From positions 1 through 64,000 of the forward strand of contig LSRY02000033.1 of assembly GCA_001643675.2 (NCBI GenBank): a stretch of DNA of 64,000 nucleotides, read 5' to 3'. Positions 1 to 12,798 of the stretch are shown in pieces. A model generated the notes under the pieces. The model had not been told where the DNA came from. It was given only the letters and a program-made list of their open reading frames with translations, and made no database searches. This DNA comes from Monocercomonoides exilis PA203. Its lineage: Eukaryota; Protista; Preaxostyla. The translations under genes were made by a program, and so were the position numbers. How positions within the stretch are numbered: position 1 is the stretch's first letter; each line of letters begins with the position of its first letter.

Positions 1-1594
1 CTCTTCCTCTTCATCTTCCTCTCTCTCCTCTTCCTCTTCCTCTTCCTCTTCCTCTTCCTCATCTCCCTCATCTCCCTCCTCCCTCCCTCCCTCTCCCTTT
101 TCAGCAACTGAAGACGGTTCATTTCATTTATCAGAATGTTCTATGAAGACTCCATTCCAAAATGAAAAATCCACAAGAACCTCTCAAACAGTTATTCAAG
201 AATCGCTTTTTGCGTTCTCTTCTTCCCCAACTTCAGTAGCATTCACAGCATCTTCTCCTTTTGATTCAAATTCTTCATCACCTTCAGGAAACTCACCACA
301 ATCATCACTGCTGTTTTTAAACGCGAAAAATTCAACATCTTACGCATATCATAATTTTTCTTTGTCCTCTCTGCAGAATTCTCCATCATTTGCTCCAGAA
401 CAATCATCTTTCTCACAACCACCAACTGTCCCAATAGAAAAGACAATTTCTCCATCTTCTTCAATTGATAGAATAGTTGATTACTTAAATAGTTATCAAT
501 TTGAAACTGAAGAAAATATGGATAAAAGAAAGAAAGATTCAAATGAACAACTAAAACCGTTTTCAAATGCACTCAAACGGGATGAAGAAATCGAAGCGAA
601 ATCACGCTTATGTGTGCTTCAACAATTAGAGTCGAAAAGAGGGCTTGTGAATACAGGGAGTGTCTGTTCGTTGTCTTCTATTTGTCAATGTTTCGCTGCA
701 CTTGACATAAACAGAAATCAAGTTGCAATGATGAAGGATGAACATGTAGAGTTCATTCAATTATTCGAAATGCTCCGGAAGTCAAAAAAGAACAGCAAAG
801 TTTGGAATGGAACAGTTATATGGAACTTTTACGAATTGAAAATTGGACCAAGAAATGTGGCACAAAAACTGACTGATGTTTTTGATAAAATGTTGGATAA
901 GTTGTCGGATAAAAAGAATAAAATCTATCATATGTTTTCAATCTACAGCAAAAACGTTCGTAAATGCACTCATTGTGAAAATTTCTTAGTCTCGAATCGT
1001 GAAACGAGGTATTATTTCACAATAAATGGATCTGACATTATCGGAGGCCTGTTAAAATTACTAACAAACATTAATCTTATCACAGAACAACGAAATCGAA
1101 GGTGTAATAGGTGTGAAACGGACAAACCCTGTATTCCTTTCGTGCGTTTTGTATCATTTCCAGATATTCTTACAATTAATCATAATGTCAATGAATCTTT
1201 CAGGGTTGTCGCACCTCCAAAATCGATTGTGTTTGTTGAAAAGGGACCGGGACCGAATGACATGGAAATAAAAAACCCATTTAAGTTCAAGGAAGAAAGG
1301 GATCTGATTTTGAAGGACATTAAGCGATCTATCGTTTATGATTTGGTTGGTTGCATAATTCACTCAACAGCTATATACGAGCAAGGTCATTTTATTGCGA
1401 TTGTCAAAAAGGATGTGAATAGACCGTCATATTCTTCAATTTTTTGGAGTGCAATGATAATAGCGTGTCAGAAATAATTCCAGACAAATGGGAGGAATAC
1501 TGGATTTTAATGTCACAAGAAAATTGGAAACCTTCACTTTCTTTTTTATAAAAAAAGTCATGTGACATATTTCACACTTCAAATTTATTGCTAA
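1..1594 (+). CDS. Ubiquitin-specific protease (peptidase C19), 5'-partial, with two compensating frameshifts at the 3' end
   Basis: The frame is open from base 2 (poly-Ser) into ORF 143..1477. Motifs: Cys box GLVNTGSVCSLSSICQ (~641-690), Zn-ribbon CxxC pairs (KCTHC, RCNRC), and His box YDLVGCIIHS...GHFIAIVK. The following LECNDNSVSEI motif lies in a shifted frame after the T6 run at 1440-1445. The LFYKK motif returns to the original frame at 1541. Confidence 0.8.
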
Positions 1595-2179
1595 TGCTTG
1601 TTTTTTCTCACTTCAGTTTTTGAAACAAAAATTAATAAAAAAAAAAAAAAAAGAAATAGAAAAAAAGAAATTCATTTGAATCATTCGATAAAAATAACAA
1701 AAAGTTAATTATTAAATAATTAAAAATAAATAAAAAAACAAAAAAAAAATAAAATTAAATAGAATATACAAAATTAATGATCTTAAAAAAACCAAATTAT
1801 TTGTGCATTTTGGTCAACATTGAAAGTCGCATATTCTATGCTTAATGAGCTGATAGTTTAATATAATGATGTTCTGAGCAAAAATTTGAAATGCCAAAAA
1901 CGCCATGATCTTTTCAATTAATAAATTTTTTTGAAAAAATATAAGATAAATCAATTTTCAAATATTTCGTTCAGTTGATGATAATTGCCTTTGTAATTTA
2001 ATATTTAGGTATTACAATTGAATTGCCAATAATCTTCGCAAGTATTATCTTCGTATTCTTCCTTTTCCTTTTGATTTGTTATTTTTAATTTTTCCCAACA
2101 ATTTTCGTCATGGCTGTTATAATGTCTTTTTTGTATGAGCTTCATTTGTTGCATAAGAGTTTTTTCATCTTCTCAACAG

Positions 2180-3630
2180 GAGATGAGCGGAAGATGGAGC
2201 TGCTTGAATAGATCAAAACCAAAGACACGAGCTAATCGAACAGCAGTTCATCGGAACTCGTGAATTTGATATTATGTTTGAAACAGGTTCTTCCAGAGAT
2301 TCATGCTCTGAGGGTCCTGAAGAAAGGAAAGAAGAGGAGCAAGAGGAAGGCAATGGAACAGGTTTGGGAAAACGAGGAAGTGGAAGGAGCAACAGAAAAA
2401 GAGATTGAGAACGAAAAAGAGGGGCAGAAAAAAAAGAAAAGAAAAGAAAAGAAAAGAAACAGAAAAATTTCACAAAGGCACAGATGGTTGAGGAGTCTAA
2501 ATGGAAGGATGAAGCAAAAGGATTTATCATTAATTCCAGTCACAAATCGTATTCAGCTGAAGTAGATGCGATTTGAGGAAACAAAGAACAAAAACTTGGA
2601 CAAGATCTGCCATCTGCAATCGCTCCTGAATGAGAAGAAGAATGAGGAACAAGGAATAAGAGTCCTGAGGAAAGGAGGAGAGGAATGGCGTCAAGAGTGT
2701 CTGTGGTTTAAAGGATGTTTGACAAGCGGGACGAGGCAGATGACAAAGAGGAGAAGGTCAACATCTTCCATATGCACTTTATGCGAAGAATACTCAGCAT
2801 GTTAACTGCGATTTCTCTTCTCTTGTGCTTGCCCCACAGCCTTCGTCCGATCCAAAGCACGCTATGAACTTGTTCTGTGGGCTGTGACAGGAGAAGCCGA
2901 CGAGGATACTTCAGGTGAACAGCGAGTGCGCGCTGTATATTTTGTGTGCGGTGCGGTACGTGGACACGAACCTCTTCTATGTGCTAAACGAGAACTGGAT
3001 TGTTTATGACGGCAGACTCTCTGTCGATGAGAAGTGGGCGACGAACGACCTGCTCATTTTAGGTGCGGACCCCCTTGCAAAGTTCTTAAACCTGCACTGT
3101 TATCCGCGCAGCCTGGGAGGATACAACAGAAGAGAATGTGTAAGCTTCGTGAGGTTATATTTGAGTCACAACACGCAGACCAGTTACTGATGAATGTGGA
3201 AGAAGCAGCAGAGGAAGAGGGGGAAATGGAAACATCAGTGGGATCAATTTGTCTGCGTTGGATTCTTCGCTGTTTGTGTCAAATGGGGCAGAAACGCTGA
3301 CAAAAAAGAATATCATACGGCCAAAGAAGATTGCGATCGAAAAAAAGAAATAATTTATATCATTGGAGGAGTTTGGAGAAGAGTCGAAGTTGAGCGAGCG
3401 CAGAGCAGCAAGCTTTGCAAGAACAGCAAGTGAATACAGCAATTATCGCGGAAATTGAGTTTTTCCATTCAATGTTGCCAGATTTCTCGAAGAAGAGATA
3501 AGTCAGGAAAGCGGAGATGGTGAAGGAGGTTGAGGAGATTCTTAACTCAGCGAGAGAAAAGAAAAAGAGTTCCAGACGGATCTACTTTTGCAATGGAGAA
3601 GATCTGAAGCGATGTGGTGTGAGTTGAAAT
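2180..3630 (+). pseudogene. Decayed coding remnant, product unknown
   Basis: Coding-like composition against AT-rich flanks. Protein-like fragments are spread over several frames (e.g. ECALYILCAVRYVDTNLFYVLNENWIVYDG) and broken by stops and frameshifts. Confidence 0.45.
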
Positions 3631-4086
3631 TTTCTTTTAATAATAACAAAGAATTATTGTGTATTTATTTTTAATTATATTTTTTTTTTCAATTTTTGAA
3701 ATTTTCTGAACTTTTTCCATCATTCATTATGAACTTCATCTTTTTTATGTGTGTTGACAGCAACGTCCATTTTGTGAATGTGCTTATTTTCAATCTTCAT
3801 CGAATTTTTGTATGTGTCACATCTGCATGAAAATCACAGATTCATTCAATCTTTCCAGTCAGATTGGACTCATTCAAACAATTGCTAATAAGCTCTATAC
3901 AAGATACGATGAAAGAGCAATTCATCATTTAATAAGGTTTGAAATTTTTTTTGATTATTGTTATTATTGTTTTTATCGTATTTCTTGTTTTTCTATTTTT
4001 TATTTTTTCAAACTCTTATTTTAATTTCTTTCAATTAATTGATACATAAACTGATGAACTATCCCTTTTCATGTTTTTTTATACAG

Positions 4087-7000
4087 ATTCTTTTTCTAAG
4101 TTTGAGCACTGTGTCTAAACCACAACCGCTTCACATCATTTCTATCATCATTGAAATCAGAGCTGATGAAAAAGAATGAACCAGGAACTCTCTTCTGCGC
4201 ATTTGGCTTCCACTATTGTCACTGTGTTGCAGCTGACTGTTCATTCCACATGAAACCAGACTTCCTCTTCTCACAGACCACTAAACATTTCTTCTCTTCG
4301 TCATCAATGCCTTCTTCTTCTTCTTCCTTCTCAAATCAGTCATACACAAGCAGCTTTGTTGTTTCCATGATCGAGTAAGTCATGTGCGCTTCTCAAAAAG
4401 CAGGAATTATCTCCTCTTTCCAATAAAAGTTCTCCTCTTTCAATGTCACTCCTTATCTTCTGTGAATGACACTCCATTCAAACACCACAGATCTCCTTCT
4501 CCTCCTCTCTTCTTTCTCACTTTACCTCAATAAATGATTCAGCTTCCACCAAAAGCTCCCTTGCCTCAAATATCCTAGGCAGATAGAACATCTTTTTTGT
4601 GTAACATCACAAGCACAACCAGAGCTGCCACGAGCCATCAATATGTGGATTTTTGCAGATCTTCAACATCTTCCAACTCATCCCAACGTTCTTCTTCTTT
4701 TACAAGAACCTCCTTCCACCAAAAGAACATCAATGAACTGATCGCTCAATTCTTCCCATCGTATTCATATGTTTTCACGCCTGAAGCGCATTCCTTAATC
4801 AATAACGTCGTCTCTTCCTTCCTCTCTCCAAACTTTGCACCACCGCTGCTGGGCGTTTCAAGCACAGGTATTTATTAACAAAAAGACAATAGACAGAAAA
4901 ATGGAGTCTTTTGTATCATTTATTTTATATAGCTAACAGCAGCGTCGGATGATGAGTTGAAGAAATTATTGTTCCCATATAAGATATTCATTAATGAAAT
5001 GGAGGTTATTTAGAGAAAGAAGGAGGAAGAGAGAAGGAGAGAGAAAAAGTGAAAAAGAAGGAAGAGAAATTGAAAAGACTGAAGATGAAGACAAAGAGAT
5101 GTGGAGCAATGCAGATGAAATATCAACACTTTCTTCTTCAGCCTCTTCTTCTACGCCAAATTCTGTTCTGAAGCTGCTCTTGCATCAAATCATCGCTTCT
5201 GCCACTCCTTAGCTCCAATCAGCGAAAACGAGAGCCTTCGGCATTTGGTTGCAGATTATTCCAATGACAGACGATTTGACAGAAGAATGTGTGTTTCCGG
5301 TGTGCGAATGTTTATGAGATAGAAACAGACAAATGAAGTAGAACAGGCATAGTCATAGAAATAAGCGTTATCATTGACATCAATACGGAAATCATCATCA
5401 TCATCATATTTTTCTTCATCTTCCTCATCTTCTCCAGCAGTAACTGACCCCTCTTCCCACCCCAAACCACCTCATCGTTCTGAAATTGCAATGGCTCGCC
5501 GCATAAGAGCAATGCATCCTCTCCTCCGCCTACGCTATCTCAACCGCTGTGCGCAAGTGACTGCTGCTTCTGGTGCTTCACATTGTTCTTCTTCCTCTTC
5601 TTTTTTCCTCCTCTTCTTCTTCCTCCTCGTTGCTTCGCTCTTATTGAAACAGATTTATAACAAGCGAAGAGCAGATGAGGAGGATGAGGCAGCAGTTCGG
5701 AAGAAGAAGGAAAAGACAATATTTTGTTCTCACTTCCGATGTGTTTGAGGCGCTGCCGCTGTTTGCGTAATTTCGGATAATGGAGCGATACGCGAAGCAT
5801 CAGGAGAATAGGAAGAAAGAGAGAGGGGGAGAAGAAAAAGAGAACAAATTAAGTTGAGGAAGGTATTGAAGCCTGCTAATGAAGGAGATTACAATGATGA
5901 TGAAAAAGAAAATAAAGTGAAAGCAAAAGAAAACGAGAATTATTCACTGATCAGAAGAAATTCTTTAAAGGAACCGAAGTGAAATGAAGAAAGCGAATGC
6001 CTTTACGACAGCTCCATCATCAGTGATGAAGAAGAGAGAAGAGAGAAGAGGTACAAACGGAGAGAGAAACAGAGGTTGATGCGAAGGTATTATCAGGCGC
6101 TTGAGCATCAACGTGATTCTGTTGTGAACGAAGTGCTTTTGATGGTCAGACCAAACTTGCTGCTTTCTCCGACGCCGATTGATGAATCTATAAAAAGATC
6201 AGGAATGAGTGGGAATGCTGCAAAAAATGAAGGAGATGATAAAGAATGTGAGAAAGAAGAGAAAGAAGCAACAAATTCTGGAAATGGAAATGGAAACAGG
6301 GAAGAAGTTGAAGGCAATACAGATGAAGGAAAAGACGAAAATCAAAAAGCAATTTTGGATGATTCAATGAACAACCGCAAAGAAGTTGCTTGAAAAGCAA
6401 AGACAATAAAAAAGAAGCAGAAAAGAATGCAAACGCGAAAGAATCAATTCAAAACGGCAAAAAGACGAAAAGCATTCAGATGAGCCAGAGCCAGAGCCTC
6501 TTTCATAACAATCCAAGCAAAAACAGAAGCAGCAGCAGTAACAGAACAACAATTCCGTCTCCAACGCTATCACATTCTCCACAGCCTAAACAATATTCTT
6601 CCGGAGGAGGTGACTTTGGAACGATACACTTTACACGAGGGAAGCGAATGGACGGTGGATGAAGAGGAGTTGGAGGGAGAGCGTTGATTGTGTACAGCCA
6701 AGAGATGGAGATGGGGAGAGGAGCTGTTGGTGCACCAATAACGCTTCCATCAACAGTTGTTGTTGTTGGAGGAGAAGGAGGGGTGACGTTGGGTGTGATG
6801 AGGATGAAGGATTTGAACAAAGAAGTGACAAAGGTAATGCAAGATGAATTTCCAGAATGAGAGAGGGAAAGAAGACGATGAAGAAGCGAAGATCACGTTT
6901 TGTTCATTCGAATCTGATGATCAGAGAGGAAAACTGCTTCGGTTGATGAAACTGCAGGAGATACAGAAGAAGAAGAAGGAGAAAAGAAAGAAAGAGAGGA

Positions 7001-8420
7001 GGCGAAAGAAGAAAGAAGAGCGGGAGCGCAGGAAAATGGAGAAAATGGCGAAGAAGATAGAGGAAAAAAGACAAGAATCTGTTTAGCAGCATCCAAGGAA
7101 TACTACAACCACACCTTGAGACAGGCACGCCAACCAACCAGAAAGAGAGCAAAATGACAAGCGATGTGCAGCAAGAGGCGAAAGAAAGTCAAACGCCAAT
7201 TTTGACAAGAGAGCGGAAATTGGACTGCATGCTGAATGACCTCGCTAATTCTGACTTAGAAGATTTGAGCGATGAACTGGATGTGCCCTGCCGTTATGTG
7301 CGTATCAAAAGCGAAGAAAACGGGCAATTTGTGTGGAAGATGCGAAAAGTGCCTGTTTATGCAGCAGTCGACGCGAGGCAGACAAGAACGCTGTTGGATC
7401 TGATGAGTGCGCTGAAGAGTGGGCTGTGGCAAAGCCGGGCGGAGCTGAGAAGAGGAAGGAGGATGAAGTGGAGGGGCTGGTGGACACACAAAGAGGAAGC
7501 AGAGGTGACACACAGAAAGGGAAGGAAAGGAGCAGGGAAAGGATCACCTCTGCTGTTTCAGAAGGAGAAAGGGACAAGAACATTCAGTCTGAGCAGTGTG
7601 CCTGGGAAAAGAGATACGTTGTGTTTCTCAAAGTTGGAATCTTTCTTCACATCGCAGAATTCAATGGTGATGAATCTGATGCAGAAACACCCTGCCCTCA
7701 ATTTGGTTGCGCCTTTTGATTCAACTGCAGAATTTGACGCAAATTCAAACATTGCTCTTCATCCTCTTTCTCACTGAACTTCATCACTTGTCAATTCTTC
7801 CTTGTTTATGAACATCCAACAGCAATCTTCTTTTTCTCTCAGAACATCTTTATCTCCTTCACTGCAGTCCCAAGCTAAACTTCTATCTTCTGCTAGTCTT
7901 GCTGATCCTGGTTCTCTTTCTCCGCTATCCCTGCCTTCCGTAACTTCTTCGTCTTCTCTTTCACCATCGTTATCTTCTGCTCCTTCTCTTTCATTCAGCT
8001 CCCGTCAAATTCATCATCAGGCCTCGTCTTTCATTCCTACTCAGAAAGACGAAAGAAATATTTATTCAGACATAGAATTTCAACCAACCTAACACAGCAA
8101 CGGAAATGATTCTAAATCCTATCGAGAAAAGCTAATCATAAGGCATGCAATCTACAAGAAATTCTATTTTGGCCATTTCGTTTTAAGATTGAAAGAATTC
8201 ACAGAAAACAGAAGGAGCAGGGCAAAAATGATATTTGGTATGAACGAGTTCCAAAAAATAACCTTCAATTGATTTCACAACATCAAAACCACGTGAATTG
8301 CAGGAAATGAAAGGATGAGGGAAATTGATTCAGAGGAAAAGGCTTATTTAAAGAGAATTTGGAAAAGGCAGTTAAGTGAATCGGATACAAGCATGTTTAA
8401 ATCGGAATGTTGAGGAAATA
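4087..8420 (+). pseudogene. Large decayed Ser/Glu/Lys-rich gene
   Basis: A chain of same-strand ORF fragments (4597, 5374, 6076, 6390, 6844, 7154, 7802) with the local poly-Ser/Glu style, linked by in-frame stops and frameshifts. A GT..AG intron candidate lies at ~4868-4939. Confidence 0.55.
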
Positions 8421-9939
8421 AATGTTTTTGAAGAAAATTACCAAATATGATTGAAGAAAGGAAAACGGATGATTCCATTTAGCAACAAGCGAAATTTGCA
8501 TTTGATGAAGAAGCGAAATTAGATAAGAAAGTGGAAAAGAAATATTTCTATGTGAGCTGATTTTCGGATCTATGAAAGAAAAGCAAAGATATATTCCTCA
8601 AATGAAAATGCGATGAAAGTTCATGAATATTGATATTACATGGAATATATACAAAATAAATGGAAGGAAATTATTAGGAAATCAGATAAATTTCATCATC
8701 GCCTGTGATTGTGGTGTCAACCGTGCTGAAAGTGAGTGTTTGAGTGGGAACAAATATTAAAGAAAGGAGTGTGAGGGAGGCATCTTGCAGGAGGGAAATG
8801 AAGCCGTTGAGGGCATACTCGATGGTGGCGCATGGGTTCTGTTGGGGTCTGCCACAGGCATCAGCATCAGTTCCACCATTTGCAACGATTTTGTTCTGGG
8901 CAATGAGGGGGATCCATCCATTGAACTCAGCTTTTCTAATTTTCCACGATTTCGTTTAACGTTTGATGAATCCGATGAATCGAATAAAAGGAATGGAGAT
9001 TTGTTGGCTATACAAAGGTGAGGGAAAAAAAAAAAGAAAATTAACATTTTTTGATCAATAAAAATTAACAATTTTGTTTTCTTTTTTTCTTTAATATTCT
9101 TCTTCGTAAACTTTTTCTTTGCAATATTTTGTTTTGCCAATTATGAAATTTCTATTTTCCTTTTGAAGATTGATTTTTCAATTTTTTTATAAAACTTGAT
9201 CAAAAAATTCTTTTTCACCAAAAACATTAAAAAGGTATGTTTTTTTGCATATAATAATAAAACAAATACATATTACAGAAATAAAAGCTTAATACTTGAA
9301 ATAAATCAATTTAATTTATTGATCAATAAATACCTCTATAAATTTTATTTTTTCGATTTTTGATCTTTTTTTATGATATCAAAAAAAATCACCCAAATTT
9401 ATAATTATCATAATAAAATTTTGCTGATATGGGTCAAAATTTTTGCAATTATGAAAAAAACTGTGATTTGTTCCAAACTTTTTCTCCAACCTTATCATTA
9501 TGTTTCAACCGTAACAACACAAATTATCACAAAAAAATTCTAAAATTGAGAAAAATAAATGTTAGAGAAGAATGGAACAAAATTCATCAAGCAAAATATT
9601 TTGTCCCATATCACTTTGAAAGAATCATAAAAGACAATGATGAAAAGTTCTTATACAAAAATATGATCATTGTTTCATAACATTTTCTCATTTATCGCTC
9701 GCATTTGATATTAGACAAAAAATTTTCTATTTTTAAAAAACCAGGATATGTTTTCAACATTTTCAGTAATCGTGACATAAGAAGTCTTCCTTAACAATGC
9801 AAAAATCCATAGAAGCACAAAAAAATCGAGAAAATATTTGAAAAATTTGTGTGGAACATCATTCACAAAGCAAAAACTTTTTTAAGTTTGAGATTTTTGA
9901 TCTAACCACAAGAAAATTTAATACTATTTGGAGATAATA

Positions 9940-12798
9940 ATGCAAACCATTCCACTTACAGATGTTAAAGTCAAACAGCAATTCAGTTATTCGAATGACT
10001 CTACAGCGAAGAATCAAGAAATCCATCAATATTTTGTTACTAGGAATTATAAGGCATGCATGAGTACAATTGAACAACAATTGAAAAAATATGACAACAA
10101 TAGTGAATATGCTTTGTACGTCAAGGGTCTCATACTTAGACAACAAGGAAAAGTTCAAGAATCTCTGACTGTTTTCCAAACGGTAGCAGATTTAAATCCT
10201 GTGAGCATTGACAATATTAAACAAGTTGCAAAGACTTACATGCTGCTTGGACGATACAAGGAAGCTGTTGATAACTTTGATGAAGCACTATCATTAACGC
10301 AAGATCCAGATTGGGAATGCTTGCACAACAAAGCTATGTGTCTTCAACAGTTAGGAAACGATGAACAAGTGTGCTTTTTCAGTTGTTTTTTTGGAAAGAA
10401 GTTATTTATTATTTGCATCATATTTTACAAATACTCTTATTCTTTTAGGCAATTGAGACGTATCTTCAAGCAATTGAAGCTGACCCTCAACAAGTTACGC
10501 TATGTGCGTTAGGAAATATTTATTCGCAACTCGAGCGCTATTCAGAAGCGTTGCCCATGTACGAGCATGCATTAACACTTTCACCAGAAAATTCAGAGCT
10601 TTTGACAATTGTTGGCTTAATATGCCTTCGAATGGGCGATCATGATAAAGCATTTGAAAAGCTGGGGAGTGCGTTAACTATTGATCCAAGGAATTCAAAA
10701 GTTTGCTGCATCATTCATCACAAAAACATTGACTGATAATTTTTCTTAAAATATTCGATATGTGATTACAGACCATTCTGGCTGCGGGGATGATAATCCA
10801 AGATAAAGGTGACACTGATGTTGCACTCGCAAAATATCGGTATGAAAAAAAAATTTTTTTTGAATTTCTTTGTGCATTTATGATCAAATCTTCTTTTTGA
10901 TTTTTGTTATTTTATTCATTAAATTATTATTACATTTATTATTTTTGTATCATTTTCCCAATAGAATTGCTGCTGCTCATTCGGAATTTGCGGAGTTGTG
11001 GAACAACATTGGGATGTGTTTTTATTCAAAGCAGAAAATTCAAGCAGTATGAAATTTGAATTCAGGATGTTGATTTTCTTTTAGCCGCTAATATTTTCAC
11101 GATATCATTCAAATTTGAGGCTATTTCCTGCTTGTTAAAGGCGAGGTCGATGGCGCAGTTTGACTGGCGCATTGCATACAATCTGGGAATTCTCTATTTG
11201 GAAACAGAACAGTTCGATAATCACCTTAAATTTCTATCAGAATCATAAAATTGTCATTGCTTTATATTCAATATCCTCTTTTAAACCACATTTATCGCTG
11301 CTATTCTGATATTTCTATTGCATCTTGAAGAGTTTTATCAGGTTATCTTTCACTTTCTGCTTCAATTTTCTTGAACAGGATGCATGCGCCATCTTACATG
11401 CATCTGGGAATTGCCTTATCAAAATTGGGTGACATTGACAACGCAGTTGATGCTTATCATAAATCAATTGCTCTTCAAAAGTTTGTTTGAAGTTAAAGCA
11501 ATGTTGTTTTTTCTTTTTCTTTTCTTTTTCTTTTTTTTTAAACAAATGATTTCATATTTTCACCTTTATTTCATCTCTTGTTTCTCATCTTTTTCCATTG
11601 ACAATCGATGCATTCGCTTGCTTATGAATGCTCATCTTGATGAATGTTTCGTGTATCTGCCACCAGCAACCCAATAACACACCTCAACATGGCCATATCG
11701 CTGCTCAACCACGATCGCATTGAGCAATGCAAACAGGCGCTGCGTTCGTTTGCGAGTTCCTTCAATGCGATGAGCGAAGACGAGAAGCGTGAAGGGAAGA
11801 CGATGAGAGAGACGTCAGAAAAACTGGTGATGAAGATGAAGGAGCGAGAAAGGGAACTGGCGAAGGACGAAGGAAGGCGGAGGAAAGCTGAAGATGCGAG
11901 CGAACAGCAGAAGGAAAACGTCAGGAAAAGAGTGAGCGATATAAGCGATGAAATGAACAGAGAAAACGAGAGAGAAGAAAGCGAGAGAGAAAAAAGAGAG
12001 AAAATGAAGGAGATTCTTGAGAACAAAAAAAGAGAGCAAGACGAAGAATTAAGGCGGTTGGAGCTGAGAGAAAAGGAGATGGAAGAAGAGATGGAAAAAG
12101 AGAGGAATTATATCGAAGAGAGGATGAACGAGACAATGGAAGAAACAGAAGAAGCCCTTGGTGCTGTTAATGATTTCCTAAGTGCAACAAAAGATTCCCA
12201 AGAGAGTCACGATCAAACAGACAACGAAGCTCTTCACGATGACTCAAGTGAATTAACTGAAGAAGAACGCTTAATACTTCAAGAAATATCAAAGGAAGAT
12301 GAAGGCGAAGAAAGTAATAATGCTTCTAGCGGTGTTGATGAAGGCAACGCAATTGAAGAGGAAGAAAGATTTCAAGAGCAGCAGGAAGATGAAGGAGAAA
12401 GCAACAACAACGAAGAGATGGACGATGGTGCACAAGAAATGGACAATGAAGAAGAAGAAGAAGAAGAAGGAAATTATGGAACTGGATATGAAAGTGCAGA
12501 AGATGAAGGTGTTGGAGAAGGAGAAGGAGAAGAAGGAGGGGAAGGGGAAGGGGAAGGGGAAGGAGGAGAAGGAGAAGGAGATGACAACGAGGAAGGAACA
12601 TTAGAACAAGATGGCGTTGAAGGAGAAGGAAATGATGAAGATGGTGATGAAGATGCGGAGAATGTGGAAGAGGAATATGGAGAGGAAGAAGGAAATAGAT
12701 TCGATGAGGAAGAAGATGAAGCACAGGATTTTCAATCATACGACGAGGAAACAGGGGAGAATGAGAATGAATATTCAGAAGGAGATTACAGCAGCTGA
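9940..12798 (+). CDS. BBS4: Bardet-Biedl syndrome 4 (BBSome TPR subunit) with a long acidic C-terminal extension
   Basis: Exons 9940-10368, 10449-10700, 10772-10839, 10965-11046, 11120-11211, 11379-11480 and 11667-12798, all GT..AG and phase-compatible. The peptides EYALYVKGLILRQQGKVQESL, SPENSELLTIVGL, ILAAG..Q.KGD.DVALAKYR, LWNNIGMCF, AISCL..A...AQFDWRIAYNLG and NPITHLN are collinear with BBS4. Confidence 0.92.

Noticed and set aside
8690-9021. Small GC-richer island with short ORFs
   Set aside because: No consistent frame or recognisable motif. At most an unassignable fragment.
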